From: a virus
Reading direction: 5' to 3' (one strand)
IMG/VR virus record: IMGVR_UViG_3300044858_003284
DNA length: 64,000 nt
Below are positions 16,612 through 27,062 of the stretch, in pieces (the first letter of the stretch is position 1; each line of letters begins with the position of its first letter). A program made the translations under genes and the position numbers. Below the pieces are notes generated by a model. It ran no database searches. It was not told the origin of the DNA and was given only the letters and a program-made list of their open reading frames with translations.

Positions 16612-19145
16612 TGAGTTCTTTTTATACTAATGTTCAGAGTATCGGTGGTAACATACTCTATCGTGGCATTCAAAACGGTAAGAAAATAAAAACAAAGGTC
16701 GAATACACACCTTCTCTTTTCTTACCATCTAAAAAAATCACCAACTTTACAAATCTAGAAGGTGATTATCTAGACGAGAAAAAGTTTCAAAATATCAAGG
16801 CGGCCAGAGATTACATCAAACAGTTTGAAGGTGTGTCTGGTGCCTCTAAGATTTATGGCCAAACTCGATTCGAATATGCCTTTATTGCTGACCAACACCA
16901 CGGTATGGTTGACTATGACTTTGATAAAATCTCAATCGCTGTAATCGATATCGAAGTTGGTTCAGAGAATGGCTTTCCTGATCCATATGAAGCGAATGAA
17001 CCTATCACGGCAATTTGTATAAAGTTTCTCAATGGTCAACCAATTGTCTTTGGTTGTGGTGCCTATGAAGTTAAAGAAGGTGAAATCTATATTCGTTGTA
17101 AAGACGAATACAATCTCTGCAAGAAATTTTTAGAATTCTGGAAAGACAAATATCCAGATGTTGTTACTGGCTGGAATACAAAGTTCTTTGATATACCATA
17201 TCTCATCAATCGATTTACAAAGATTCTTGGTGAAGATGAGGCCAAGAAATTATCACCATGGAATTTCATCACAGAACGCAAAGCGTATGTGAACAATCGG
17301 CAACTAACAGATTATACTCTTGTCGGTCTATCATCACTTGATTATATCGAACTATACAAATGGTACGCACCTGGTGGTAAATCACAAGAATCGTATCGCC
17401 TTGATAACATCGCTCAAGTAGAACTTGGTGAAGGTAAATTAGATTATGATGAATATGACAATCTTCATTCTCTCTATCGTTTGAATTTTCAAAAGTTTAT
17501 TGAGTATAACATTCGTGACGTTGATTTGATTCTAAAACTGGAAGATAAATTAAAACTGCTCGAGCTAGCAGTTACTCTTGCATACGATACCAAATCAAAC
17601 TTTGAAGATGTGTTTGCACAGACTAGAATGTGGGACGCATTGACATATTCTTATCTGCGTGAGAAATCAATTATTGTTCCACCACGAGTTGTCAAAGATA
17701 AAGATTCGGCATTTGAAGGCGCCTATGTTAAAACACCACAAGTTGGCCTACACGATTGGGTTGCTTCGTTTGACTTGAACAGTTTGTATCCACATTTGAT
17801 GATGCAATATAATATCTCACCAGAAACTTTAATTGAACCAGAGAATTACACCGATGCCATGCGTGATATACTTTCACAAGGTGTTTCTGTTGATAGAATG
17901 TTGAAGAAAGAAATTGATACTTCAAAACTAGAAGATGCAACTATCACACCAAACGGCCAATTCTTTCGTACCGACTTTCAAGGTTTTCTGCCTAAGATGA
18001 TGGAAGAAATGTATGAAGATAGAAAGAAGTTTAAGAAGTTGATGCTTCAAGCAAAACAGGAATATGAAAATGAAACGGATGAATCTAAAAAATACGAAAT
18101 CGAAAAACGGATTGCCAAATATAATAACATACAGTTGGCTAAGAAAGTATCACTTAATAGTGCTTACGGTGCTCTCGGTTCTCAATACTTTCGCTTTTAT
18201 GACCTGCGCATGGCTCTTGGCGTCACTACTGCGGGGCAATTAAGCATTCGTTGGATTGAAAATAAAATCAACGATTGGATGAATAAACTATTAAAAACGG
18301 AGAAAGATTATGTTATTGCATCGGATACGGACTCGATTTATCTCAATCTTGGTCCGCTTGTGGGTAACATCATTCAACCAGACTTCTCGGTACCAAGAGT
18401 TATCTCCATTATGGATAAGATTTGTGATGATAAAATTCAACCGTTTATTGACAAGAGTTATCAGGAACTTGCTGTTTACGTTCATGCGTATCAGCAAAAG
18501 ATGGAAATGAAACGAGAAGGTTTGTCTAATAAAGGTATCTGGACAGCCAAGAAACGATACATTCTCAATGTGTATAATAATGAAGGTGTGCAATACAAAG
18601 AACCACAGATGAAAGTCATGGGTCTTGAAATGATTAAATCATCCACACCATCAGCCATTCGTGAGAAGATGAAAGATGCAATTCAACTAATGGTGAATGG
18701 CACACAAGATGATATTCATAAATTCATTGATAACTTTAGAAAAGAATTCAAAACATTACCTGTCGAAGAAATTTCTTTTCCTCGTGGTCTGAATGGCCTA
18801 AATACCTATTCTGATTCATTAACATTGTATAAAAAAGGCACACCAATTCACGTTAAAGGTGCTATTCTTTATAATCATAATCTAAAACAAAAAAATCTAA
18901 CTAAAAAGTATCCACTCATTCAAGAAGGTGAGAAAGTTAAATTCACCTATCTAAAGATGCCTAATCCATTTAAAGATACTGTCATTTCGTATCCATCTCG
19001 TTTACCAAAAGAGTTTGAACTACAACAGTATATCGATTATGATATGCAATTCGAAAAGGCATTCTTAGAACCAATTAAAGTAATTCTCGATTGCATGGGC
19101 TGGAAAACAGAGAAAACTAATTCAATAGAGGACTTCTTCTCATGA
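16611..19145 (+). CDS. gp43: Family B DNA polymerase
   Basis: DIEV, FDIPY, SFDLNSLYP, KVSLNSAYG, SDTDS. Confidence 0.98.
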   Translation: MSSFYTNVQSIGGNILYRGIQNGKKIKTKVEYTPSLFLPSKKITNFTNLEGDYLDEKKFQNIKAARDYIKQFEGVSGASKIYGQTRFEYAFIADQHHGMVDYDFDKISIAVIDIEVGSENGFPDPYEANEPITAICIKFLNGQPIVFGCGAYEVKEGEIYIRCKDEYNLCKKFLEFWKDKYPDVVTGWNTKFFDIPYLINRFTKILGEDEAKKLSPWNFITERKAYVNNRQLTDYTLVGLSSLDYIELYKWYAPGGKSQESYRLDNIAQVELGEGKLDYDEYDNLHSLYRLNFQKFIEYNIRDVDLILKLEDKLKLLELAVTLAYDTKSNFEDVFAQTRMWDALTYSYLREKSIIVPPRVVKDKDSAFEGAYVKTPQVGLHDWVASFDLNSLYPHLMMQYNISPETLIEPENYTDAMRDILSQGVSVDRMLKKEIDTSKLEDATITPNGQFFRTDFQGFLPKMMEEMYEDRKKFKKLMLQAKQEYENETDESKKYEIEKRIAKYNNIQLAKKVSLNSAYGALGSQYFRFYDLRMALGVTTAGQLSIRWIENKINDWMNKLLKTEKDYVIASDTDSIYLNLGPLVGNIIQPDFSVPRVISIMDKICDDKIQPFIDKSYQELAVYVHAYQQKMEMKREGLSNKGIWTAKKRYILNVYNNEGVQYKEPQMKVMGLEMIKSSTPSAIREKMKDAIQLMVNGTQDDIHKFIDNFRKEFKTLPVEEISFPRGLNGLNTYSDSLTLYKKGTPIHVKGAILYNHNLKQKNLTKKYPLIQEGEKVKFTYLKMPNPFKDTVISYPSRLPKEFELQQYIDYDMQFEKAFLEPIKVILDCMGWKTEKTNSIEDFFS

Positions 19146-20143
19146 TATTAATTATACTAACATTATTATCAGCATTGTTTTTATCTGGCATTGCAGCCTA
19201 TTATTCTATCATTGGTCTTGCAGCAATATTTACCGGTGCATTCTGGCCAATCGTTTTTATGGGTTCTGTTCTTGAAGCCAGTAAATTGGTCACCGCATCA
19301 TGGTTATACCGAAACTGGAAAACTTGTCCAAAGTTATTGAAATATTACTTGACATCTTCCGTTGTGATACTCATGATAATCACAAGTATGGGTATTTTTG
19401 GATTCTTATCTAAAGCACATATCGATTCTACATTAGAAGCTGGTGCAAATTCAGTTGAAATACGAACACTCAATCAACAAGAAAAGATTGCCAAAGAACG
19501 ATTAGATTATTTACTGAAACGTGCTGGTAATCCTGAAACGGCATCGGCAAATGTTGACCGACAAGTTCAACAAACACAAAAAGAATTGGCAGATATTAAT
19601 AAGAGAAAATTGCCACTTCTTAAAGAAGAAAACAAATTAATTGCCGAAGTTGGACCAATCAAATATATTGGTGATATGATATATGGCACCGATGATGCCA
19701 ATGCCATTGACAAGGCAGTTCGTTTGGTAATATTGTTAATAATGGTTGTATTTGACCCGCTAGCTGTGTTATTATTAATAGCAGCAAATATGTCTTTACA
19801 ACAAAGAAACAGTATTGTCGTAAAGAAGGATGAAATTGTTGGTATAGTACCAGATATTCCTGTCTTTACTGAAAAGAAAGAAGTTGAAGAAGAAAAGGTT
19901 GAAATACCAAAAGATAATATTGTTGAGATTGAAGAAAAGCAGGAAGAAAAAATTGTAATCGATGAGGCTTCGGGTGAAACTATTCCTCCGTTGGTTGTTC
20001 ATCAATCACCAGGCATCTACACAGAACATCATCAGGTTGATGAACCATCTAAAAAGTTAGAGCCTAAGTATGATTATGAAGAAGAATTTGCTTTTAAAGA
20101 GAAAAAACAAAAACAAGTTAAATTAGATGGTGGTGATTTTTAA
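19142..20143 (+). CDS. Membrane protein with coiled coil
   Basis: Three N-terminal TMs, AEVGPIKY, FDPLAVLLL. Confidence 0.75.
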   Translation: MILIILTLLSALFLSGIAAYYSIIGLAAIFTGAFWPIVFMGSVLEASKLVTASWLYRNWKTCPKLLKYYLTSSVVILMIITSMGIFGFLSKAHIDSTLEAGANSVEIRTLNQQEKIAKERLDYLLKRAGNPETASANVDRQVQQTQKELADINKRKLPLLKEENKLIAEVGPIKYIGDMIYGTDDANAIDKAVRLVILLIMVVFDPLAVLLLIAANMSLQQRNSIVVKKDEIVGIVPDIPVFTEKKEVEEEKVEIPKDNIVEIEEKQEEKIVIDEASGETIPPLVVHQSPGIYTEHHQVDEPSKKLEPKYDYEEEFAFKEKKQKQVKLDGGDF

Positions 20144-20154
20144 AAAGGAAAATT

Positions 20155-21231
20155 ATGAGTATTCTTGATAAGATTAAAAAGAACAGTAGCATTAAAGAAT
20201 CAGCAATTCTTTCAAAGTCAAAGTTCTTTACTGATAAAGATATGATACCAACGGCAATTCCCATTATCAATGTGGCATTGTCTGGCAAACTAGATGGTGG
20301 ACTAACACCAGGTCTTACAATGTGGGCTGGTCCATCTAAACATTTTAAAACAGCCTTCAGTTTACTGATGGCAAAATCTTATTTGGACAAATATGAAGAT
20401 GCGGCTCTTTTATTCTACGATAGTGAGTTTGGTACTCCTCAAAGCTATTTTGACAGTTTCGGCATCGATACTGAGCGTGTATTGCACACTCCCCTTACAG
20501 ATATCGAACAGCTCAAATTCGACATTATGCAGCAGCTTACGAACCTTGATAGGGGTGACCGATTAATTATCGTCATTGATTCGATTGGTAATTTGGCATC
20601 AAAGAAAGAAGTTGAAGATGCACTCGAAGGCAAATCAGTTGCTGATATGTCCCGTGCCAAACAAGTTAAATCATTGTTTCGTATGGTGACACCACATCTC
20701 ACGATGAAAGATGTGCCAATGATTGTTGTGAACCATACTTACAAAGAAATTGGTATGTTCCCTAAAGATATCGTTGGTGGTGGTACAGGTTCATATTACT
20801 CTGCCGATAATATTTTTATTATTGGCCGCCAACAAGAAAAAGAAGGCACAGAAGTTGTTGGTTACAATTTTATAATTAATGTAGAAAAAAGTCGTTATGT
20901 CAAAGAAAAATCTAAAATTCCCGTTACTGTATCTTTTGATGGTGGCATTAGTAAGTGGAGCGGTCTACTTGATATTGCAATCGAATCTGGTCATGTGGTT
21001 AAGCCATCCAATGGTTGGTATAGTCAGGTAGATGAGAACGGTGAAATCCAAGAAAAGAAATATCGTATCAAAGATACTGATACTAAAGAATTCTGGTTGC
21101 CAATTATAAAGCAGAAATCATTCCAAGAGTTCATTAAGAACAAATATCAAATTGCATCCGGTAGTATTATGCGAGAAGATGTTGAGGAAGCTTTTGAAGT
21201 TGAAACTATGAATGGAACTGAAGATGAGTAA
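20155..21231 (+). CDS. uvsX: RecA-like recombinase UvsX
   Basis: GPSKHFKT, YDSEFG, IDSIGNLASKKE. Confidence 0.96.
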   Translation: MSILDKIKKNSSIKESAILSKSKFFTDKDMIPTAIPIINVALSGKLDGGLTPGLTMWAGPSKHFKTAFSLLMAKSYLDKYEDAALLFYDSEFGTPQSYFDSFGIDTERVLHTPLTDIEQLKFDIMQQLTNLDRGDRLIIVIDSIGNLASKKEVEDALEGKSVADMSRAKQVKSLFRMVTPHLTMKDVPMIVVNHTYKEIGMFPKDIVGGGTGSYYSADNIFIIGRQQEKEGTEVVGYNFIINVEKSRYVKEKSKIPVTVSFDGGISKWSGLLDIAIESGHVVKPSNGWYSQVDENGEIQEKKYRIKDTDTKEFWLPIIKQKSFQEFIKNKYQIASGSIMREDVEEAFEVETMNGTEDE

Positions 21232-21475
21232 TGAAGAAGCTAAAGTAAAACATAGCAAACGAATTTACCAAAAAAAGAATACAGTAGAAAAAAAAGTTAA
21301 ATTAGCCAAAGCCTACAAATGGACTGATGCACTAAAACAACCACATCGGTATTTGAAATGCTCATTGTTCAGTTGTGGTAATAAACATTGTATATTCTGT
21401 GGTAATCCAAGAAAAATTTGGAAAGAAGATACGATACAAGAGAAACGTCAAAAACAGAAGGTGAATGATGATTGA
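21224..21475 (+). CDS. Basic hypothetical protein with CxxxxCxxC motif
   Basis: CGNKHCIFCGNPRK. Confidence 0.65.
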   Translation: MSNEEAKVKHSKRIYQKKNTVEKKVKLAKAYKWTDALKQPHRYLKCSLFSCGNKHCIFCGNPRKIWKEDTIQEKRQKQKVNDD

Positions 21476-21791
21476 GGGAATAGATTATTGTTTCATTTAT
21501 CCAAAGAATGATGAAACTGCGGTACACATTAAATTCTTAGAAGGACCATACAAGAATACCGTATTCAAATATGGTAAGGTAAAATTTAAAGAAGAAGATC
21601 AGCAAGTGTATTTACTTTTTGCCTATGATGTGATAGAATCTCCAGTAGATAAGCCAAAGAAATTGGAAAAAGATATTGACTTTAAAAATTACATTGGCAA
21701 TTTATTAGTGGAAATTATGGGTAGTAACATTGAACAGGAAATAGTAGATGAAGCTGGAACAAACGATATTAAAGAATCTGATTTACAATGA
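21465..21791 (+). CDS. Hypothetical, possibly gp40-like by position
   Basis: Between uvsX and gp41; FKYGKV. Confidence 0.55.
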   Translation: MMIEGIDYCFIYPKNDETAVHIKFLEGPYKNTVFKYGKVKFKEEDQQVYLLFAYDVIESPVDKPKKLEKDIDFKNYIGNLLVEIMGSNIEQEIVDEAGTNDIKESDLQ

Positions 21792-23139
21792 AGATTATTT
21801 ACGAAAAGTATTACCATTTCTAAAGACTGAATATTTTTCTGATAGTGTTGAAAGAACCTTATTCAATGAAATCACATCATTCACAGAAACTTACAATAGT
21901 TCACCATCTATTGAAGCGCTCAGTATTGCCGTCAAAGAAAAAAGAAATCTCACAGCTGACGAGGTGCAGAGAGCAGAAGATTATCTGGAAGAAATTACAA
22001 AGCATAAAGAAGAAACTTCCGAGATACAATGGCTTGTTGATAAATCGGAAAAGTTCTGCCAAGAAAAAGCCATTTATAACGCTGTATTGGGGAGTATCTC
22101 CATTCTGGACGGGAAAGATAGAAATCACGACAAAGGACAAATTCCCAAGATTTTGTCCGATGCTCTTGCAGTAAGTTTTGATAACTCAGTAGGTCACGAT
22201 TATTTACAGGACTCAGATGCTCGATATGAATTCTATCACAGAAAAGAGGAAAGAATACCTTTTGACTTGGACTACTTTAACAAAATCACAAAAGGTGGTT
22301 TACCTGCTAAGACACTCAATGTCGCTCTTGCTGGCACTGGTGTTGGCAAATCTCTTTTTATGTGTCATGTGGCTGCTGGCTGTATGGTTCAAGGCAAGAA
22401 TGTTCTTTACATCACTTTGGAAATGAGTGAAGAAAAGATTGCAGAACGAATCGATGCTAATCTATTGAATGTAACAATTGATGATTTGATGGACTTGCCA
22501 AAGGATATGTATGATAAGAAAGTGGCGAGAGTTCGTGAAAAGACTACAGGCAAATTAATCATCAAAGAATATCCAACGGCATCCGCATCAACTATTCATT
22601 TTCGGACACTATTGAATGAACTTAATCTCAAAAGGTCTTTTGTACCTGACATTATATTTGTTGACTATCTTAATATTTGTTGTAGTGCTCGTATTAAAGC
22701 TGGTGCGAATATTAATTCCTACACCTACGTTAAAGCAATTGCAGAAGAATTACGTGGCCTTGCTGTTGAGTTTAATGTTCCTATTGTATCTGCTACACAG
22801 ACTACCCGTTCAGGATTTACATCAAGTGATCCAGGACTTGAAGATACGTCTGAATCATTCGGACTTCCCGCCACCGCAGACTTGATGTTTGCTTTGATTT
22901 CTTCAGAAGAACTAGAAGAACTTGGTCAAATCATGGTCAAACAATTGAAGAATCGATATAATGATCCAACATACCACAAACGATTCACTCTTGGTGTTGA
23001 CCGTGCCAAAATGAAACTGTATGATGTTGAACAGGCCGCACAAATGGGTATTGCAGATGCTGGCCATGATAAACCTTTAAACACATTTGGTACAAGAGAA
23101 GAACGACCAAAGAAATCATTTAGTGGATTCAAAGTATGA
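21748..23139 (+). CDS. gp41: Replicative DNA helicase
   Basis: AGTGVGKS, LEMSEE, VDYLNI, SATQ, KQLKNRY. Confidence 0.96.
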   Translation: MKLEQTILKNLIYNEDYLRKVLPFLKTEYFSDSVERTLFNEITSFTETYNSSPSIEALSIAVKEKRNLTADEVQRAEDYLEEITKHKEETSEIQWLVDKSEKFCQEKAIYNAVLGSISILDGKDRNHDKGQIPKILSDALAVSFDNSVGHDYLQDSDARYEFYHRKEERIPFDLDYFNKITKGGLPAKTLNVALAGTGVGKSLFMCHVAAGCMVQGKNVLYITLEMSEEKIAERIDANLLNVTIDDLMDLPKDMYDKKVARVREKTTGKLIIKEYPTASASTIHFRTLLNELNLKRSFVPDIIFVDYLNICCSARIKAGANINSYTYVKAIAEELRGLAVEFNVPIVSATQTTRSGFTSSDPGLEDTSESFGLPATADLMFALISSEELEELGQIMVKQLKNRYNDPTYHKRFTLGVDRAKMKLYDVEQAAQMGIADAGHDKPLNTFGTREERPKKSFSGFKV

Positions 23140-24245
23140 TATTGACTAGAGACCAAGCACTTCATTGTGCTGGTGTATTTAAAGACTACTTCAGTAATCT
23201 AGGAAGTACCGAAGAATACATGCGTGATGAGAAACTAAAAGATATTGATAATCGACCATTTTCATTGTTTCCAATTGAAGATGATTTGTTCTCCGATTTC
23301 TCAATGCACCCAAACGATATGGATATTGAAGTATGTGAAATACCAAATGAAACATGGGAATCATTACTTGCCATTACCTCATCTCACATCAACAAAGCAC
23401 CAGTTGGTAAGAATATACAATTGGCAGTCAGAGAACGGAACTCAGGAAAGATTCTAGGTTTCATTCGTTTAGGTTCACCAGTGATCTATATGAAACCAAG
23501 AAATGAACTCTTGGGGCAAGTTTGGATTCAAAACGAGAACACCGCCAAGCGGTTTAATACTGCTTGTGTGATGGGTTTCGTAATTGTACCATCTCAACCA
23601 TTTGGTTTTAACTATTTGGGTGGTAAGTTATTATCTGCCATTTGTACCAGTCATACCGTAAGAGAAATGTGTAATAAAAAATATGACATGAATGTGTGCC
23701 TATTTGAAACTACCAGTTTGTATGGTAGCACAAAAACGGTATCACAATATGATGGCATGAAACCATATATTCGTTTTAGGGGATTGACCGAATCGGATAT
23801 CGTACCTATGATGCACGGACAAAGATATCAAGATTTGAAAAACTATGTCGAGAATATCACTGGTGATTTACTCGGTGGTGACACATCTACAACCAGTAGA
23901 AAGTTGAGAACATTTACCAAGATTATTGCTCTCACAAAAGCTGCATTGAAAGGTAGTTCCGAAGGTAAAGAGTTTGTAGAGACCATCGATAATGCCAAGA
24001 AATTAACAGAGAAGAAAAGATACTATACATCCGATTATGGTTTTAAAAATTCAATCGATTACATGAATTGTAAGACCGATAAACTTTTACCAGGTGAAAA
24101 TTACGAGAAACATGAACTACAAAATGTGATTGAATGGTGGCGTGGAAAAGCTATAAATAGATATGAAACCCTTAAAGCTGAGGGTAGATTACGAACAGAA
24201 CTTGAAGTATGGACTTCAGGAAAAGACATTCAAATTATTAGATAA
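23136..24245 (+). CDS. DUF4338/DruA-like protein, probable GNAT (Mom-like) fold; paralog 2
   Basis: VPSQPFGFNYLGGKLLSAIC, ETTSLYG...SQYDG...GLTES; coupled to gp41. Confidence 0.7.
   Translation: MILTRDQALHCAGVFKDYFSNLGSTEEYMRDEKLKDIDNRPFSLFPIEDDLFSDFSMHPNDMDIEVCEIPNETWESLLAITSSHINKAPVGKNIQLAVRERNSGKILGFIRLGSPVIYMKPRNELLGQVWIQNENTAKRFNTACVMGFVIVPSQPFGFNYLGGKLLSAICTSHTVREMCNKKYDMNVCLFETTSLYGSTKTVSQYDGMKPYIRFRGLTESDIVPMMHGQRYQDLKNYVENITGDLLGGDTSTTSRKLRTFTKIIALTKAALKGSSEGKEFVETIDNAKKLTEKKRYYTSDYGFKNSIDYMNCKTDKLLPGENYEKHELQNVIEWWRGKAINRYETLKAEGRLRTELEVWTSGKDIQIIR
24152..24159 (+). promoter_or_regulatory. T4 late promoter box
   Basis: TATAAATA about 90 nt upstream of 24248. Confidence 0.5.
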
Positions 24246-24247
24246 AG

Positions 24248-25588
24248 ATGGCAAATTCAACCGATTTAGCAGAATCATCTCAAGCACTTTTCTGTGCTTT
24301 AGCTGATTTTGTTGGAGTTAACACAATTAAAGGAAAATTTAAGAATAATCCTAAAAGCAACATTATTAATAATGTGTTTGATATAGACAACGAAGAAAAT
24401 AATACTTATCAAAAATTTGCATACAATTGGTCCAAAAAATATCCAAGAACAACTATTAAAAGCTTGTTTGATAAGTATGTGGAATCAGGAGAAGCTTCTT
24501 TTACTCAGATAGAAAAATTTTTAAAAGGTTCTGGAGATAAAGATAAAACATCAATTGGATGGTTTAAATCATCAATTTTAATTGGTAAATACTTAGTTTT
24601 AAAAATCAATACGATAAGTTCTCGATTTCAATATATTCAAAGTGGTGGAATCTCAGCCACTCAAGTATTTTATGCACATAAAGATAATAGAATTATGAAC
24701 AACATTCAAATTTTATTCTCTGAAGCAAATAAAAATCAAAAAGAATTGAGAGATAAAATATCTAGAGGTTCAGCTCAAATACCTTTTGGAAATTTAAATA
24801 AATGGAGTCCAGCTGATATTTACTTGGCATCCAAAACAGCCGAAAAACTAATTGAAAATAAAGTTGCTAATAAAAAAGGATTAACATTTTCTGGTTCAGA
24901 TGGATTAAATAATTTTATAAGTAATTTAATTAAAGAGGGTCAACTATTACCATTATCTTTGAAAAAAACTACAAGGACGGTAAAATTAGAAAAAGTTAAT
25001 TTTACTAGATCAACCGAAGAAGCAATAATTAATAAAGTTGTTTTTGGAGGCATAAAAGATTGGAGACCATACAATGCATCCGAAATAAAGCCTGCCGCAA
25101 GAGATTTAAAAGTTTTCTTATCATCCGATAAGTCAGATTATGTATTTTTTAGACATGATCCATCCGGAAATTCTGGAGGAGCATTTAGAGGCGAAATACA
25201 AATTAAAGGTGCTGAAGCTAAAGCTGGAGGTTTAGGAACAGGACAAATTGAAACAATATTAAACCTTTGTGATCCAAAAAGAGGAAGATTTGGAACTTTA
25301 TTTAAAAATAAATTAGATAGAGCAACTACCAATTTTAAAAATCAAAAAGTACCAATTAGAAAAAAATATGAAGAAGATGGTGCACCATCAAAAGGTCCTA
25401 TAAGAGAAGAATATGATAAACAAGTTGGCCAACTTAGTGCTGAATTGGTTACGAATGTAATTATGCCATATTTAATTAAGTTTCTTTCTAATGATGAACG
25501 TGCAGCCGCTTTTACTAGATGGGTATTTGCGTATGCCACATCTCGCCAAAAGAATTCTTCTAAATTTGTCATAGCAAAAGGAACTTAA
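24248..25588 (+). CDS. Hypothetical, restriction-endonuclease-like motif
   Basis: NKWSPADIYL...LLPLSLKK resembles a PD...SLK variant. Confidence 0.55.
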   Translation: MANSTDLAESSQALFCALADFVGVNTIKGKFKNNPKSNIINNVFDIDNEENNTYQKFAYNWSKKYPRTTIKSLFDKYVESGEASFTQIEKFLKGSGDKDKTSIGWFKSSILIGKYLVLKINTISSRFQYIQSGGISATQVFYAHKDNRIMNNIQILFSEANKNQKELRDKISRGSAQIPFGNLNKWSPADIYLASKTAEKLIENKVANKKGLTFSGSDGLNNFISNLIKEGQLLPLSLKKTTRTVKLEKVNFTRSTEEAIINKVVFGGIKDWRPYNASEIKPAARDLKVFLSSDKSDYVFFRHDPSGNSGGAFRGEIQIKGAEAKAGGLGTGQIETILNLCDPKRGRFGTLFKNKLDRATTNFKNQKVPIRKKYEEDGAPSKGPIREEYDKQVGQLSAELVTNVIMPYLIKFLSNDERAAAFTRWVFAYATSRQKNSSKFVIAKGT

Positions 25589-25589
25589 A

Positions 25590-26063
25590 ATGACACTAGA
25601 CGATATAGAAAACGCAATCTATCAAGGTCACAAAGGTTTTGACCAAGTATTCGACCTGATCGAAAGATATAAAACAAACAAGAAACATTATCTCAATGAT
25701 GGCAAACTAATCGCCATTAACCAGAGAATCAATGGCATAAAAAGAAAATTGGAAACCATACCAATACAGTTTATAAACAAAATATCTGTAACACTTAAAT
25801 ATAGAAACTACATCAAGTCTGTTGTACCAGTAGGAAAAATAGATAGTGTTACAACTGCAGCAACAAAGGTGGTTGAGATAGCAACAGAAGATGCCAATAA
25901 AAAAATAATAAGTGCTAAAGAACCAGCCACTAAGAGAAATAGGCAATACGAAAAAACAGAAATAACAAAGTTTTTTTATCAGAATCATAATTCAATTGTT
26001 GCCTTGTTTGAATTATATAATATGTTACATGATGTAAAAGAAGTGATTAATAATAAGGAATAA
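25590..26063 (+). CDS. Hypothetical helical protein
   Basis: ORF fills gap; may be an internally deleted relative of 33218..34363. Confidence 0.55.
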   Translation: MTLDDIENAIYQGHKGFDQVFDLIERYKTNKKHYLNDGKLIAINQRINGIKRKLETIPIQFINKISVTLKYRNYIKSVVPVGKIDSVTTAATKVVEIATEDANKKIISAKEPATKRNRQYEKTEITKFFYQNHNSIVALFELYNMLHDVKEVINNKE

Positions 26064-26064
26064 T

Positions 26065-26346
26065 ATGGCTCTCGTTGATTTTGATAAGATTTTACAAGAA
26101 TACACCGAAGATGATGATGACTTTGGTTTTTCTGCTGTATCAGAAGAAGAATACAATTCTGTTATAAACAAAACTGCCGAAACAGCTGATGATTATAAAT
26201 TGAGATTGGCTGAAGTAGAAAAGATGATCATTCCTTTCCTTAAAAAATTACATTCGACCGGAGAGAAAGAATACATATATTGGCCAAATCGTAAACCAAT
26301 TATAGAGAAACAAATAGAGAGAATACTGAAACTAACAAGAGATTAA
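26065..26346 (+). CDS. Conserved T4-like hypothetical protein
   Basis: DFGFSAV...YIYWPNR. Confidence 0.7.
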   Translation: MALVDFDKILQEYTEDDDDFGFSAVSEEEYNSVINKTAETADDYKLRLAEVEKMIIPFLKKLHSTGEKEYIYWPNRKPIIEKQIERILKLTRD

Positions 26347-26348
26347 TT

Positions 26349-27062
26349 ATGTCTGCTACTGTGATTATACCAACTACTGGTTCGCCAGAAGTGAAAACTG
26401 CCGTTGAATCTGTCCTAAATCAAAGTCATCCTACAGAGTGTTATGTTGTGATTGATGGTGATGGATATATGGACAAAACCCTTGAAGTATTGGATTCAAC
26501 TGTTCATGATGAACGAGTTCACATTTGTTCTTTACCAATCAATGTCGGTGCCAATGGTTTTTATGGCCACCGTGTCTATGCAGCCTTCACGCACCTAATC
26601 AATACAGAATACGTTGGTTATCTCGACCAAGATAATTGGTTATATCGGTCTCATGTCGAACAATGTATTAAGACAATCAATACAAGAGGCCTGGATTGGT
26701 GTTACTCTCTCCGTCAAGTATATAATAAAGAAGGTAAGTTTGTTTGTTTTGACGATTGTGAATCACTTGGCATCTGGCCAACTTATCACGGAGTTCATCA
26801 CATAGATACTAATTGTTACTTCATCAAAACACAAGTAGCAAACAAGATTGCATCTGTTTGGCATGGTGGTTGGGGACAAGATCGAGTTTTTCTACAGGCT
26901 ATCACTCATCATTTTCCTAAGTTTCACTGCACAAGTGAATACACAACCTGTTATCGAGTAGATGGTGGTAAAGGTTCTGTAACAGCAGAATTCTTTGAAA
27001 ATGGTAATAAAGTAATGAATGAAAAATATAATGGAGAATACCCATGGCGGAAAAAAGCTTAG
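26349..27062 (+). CDS. Glycosyltransferase family 2
   Basis: VIIPTTG, VESVLNQ, YLDQDN. Confidence 0.88.
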   Translation: MSATVIIPTTGSPEVKTAVESVLNQSHPTECYVVIDGDGYMDKTLEVLDSTVHDERVHICSLPINVGANGFYGHRVYAAFTHLINTEYVGYLDQDNWLYRSHVEQCIKTINTRGLDWCYSLRQVYNKEGKFVCFDDCESLGIWPTYHGVHHIDTNCYFIKTQVANKIASVWHGGWGQDRVFLQAITHHFPKFHCTSEYTTCYRVDGGKGSVTAEFFENGNKVMNEKYNGEYPWRKKA

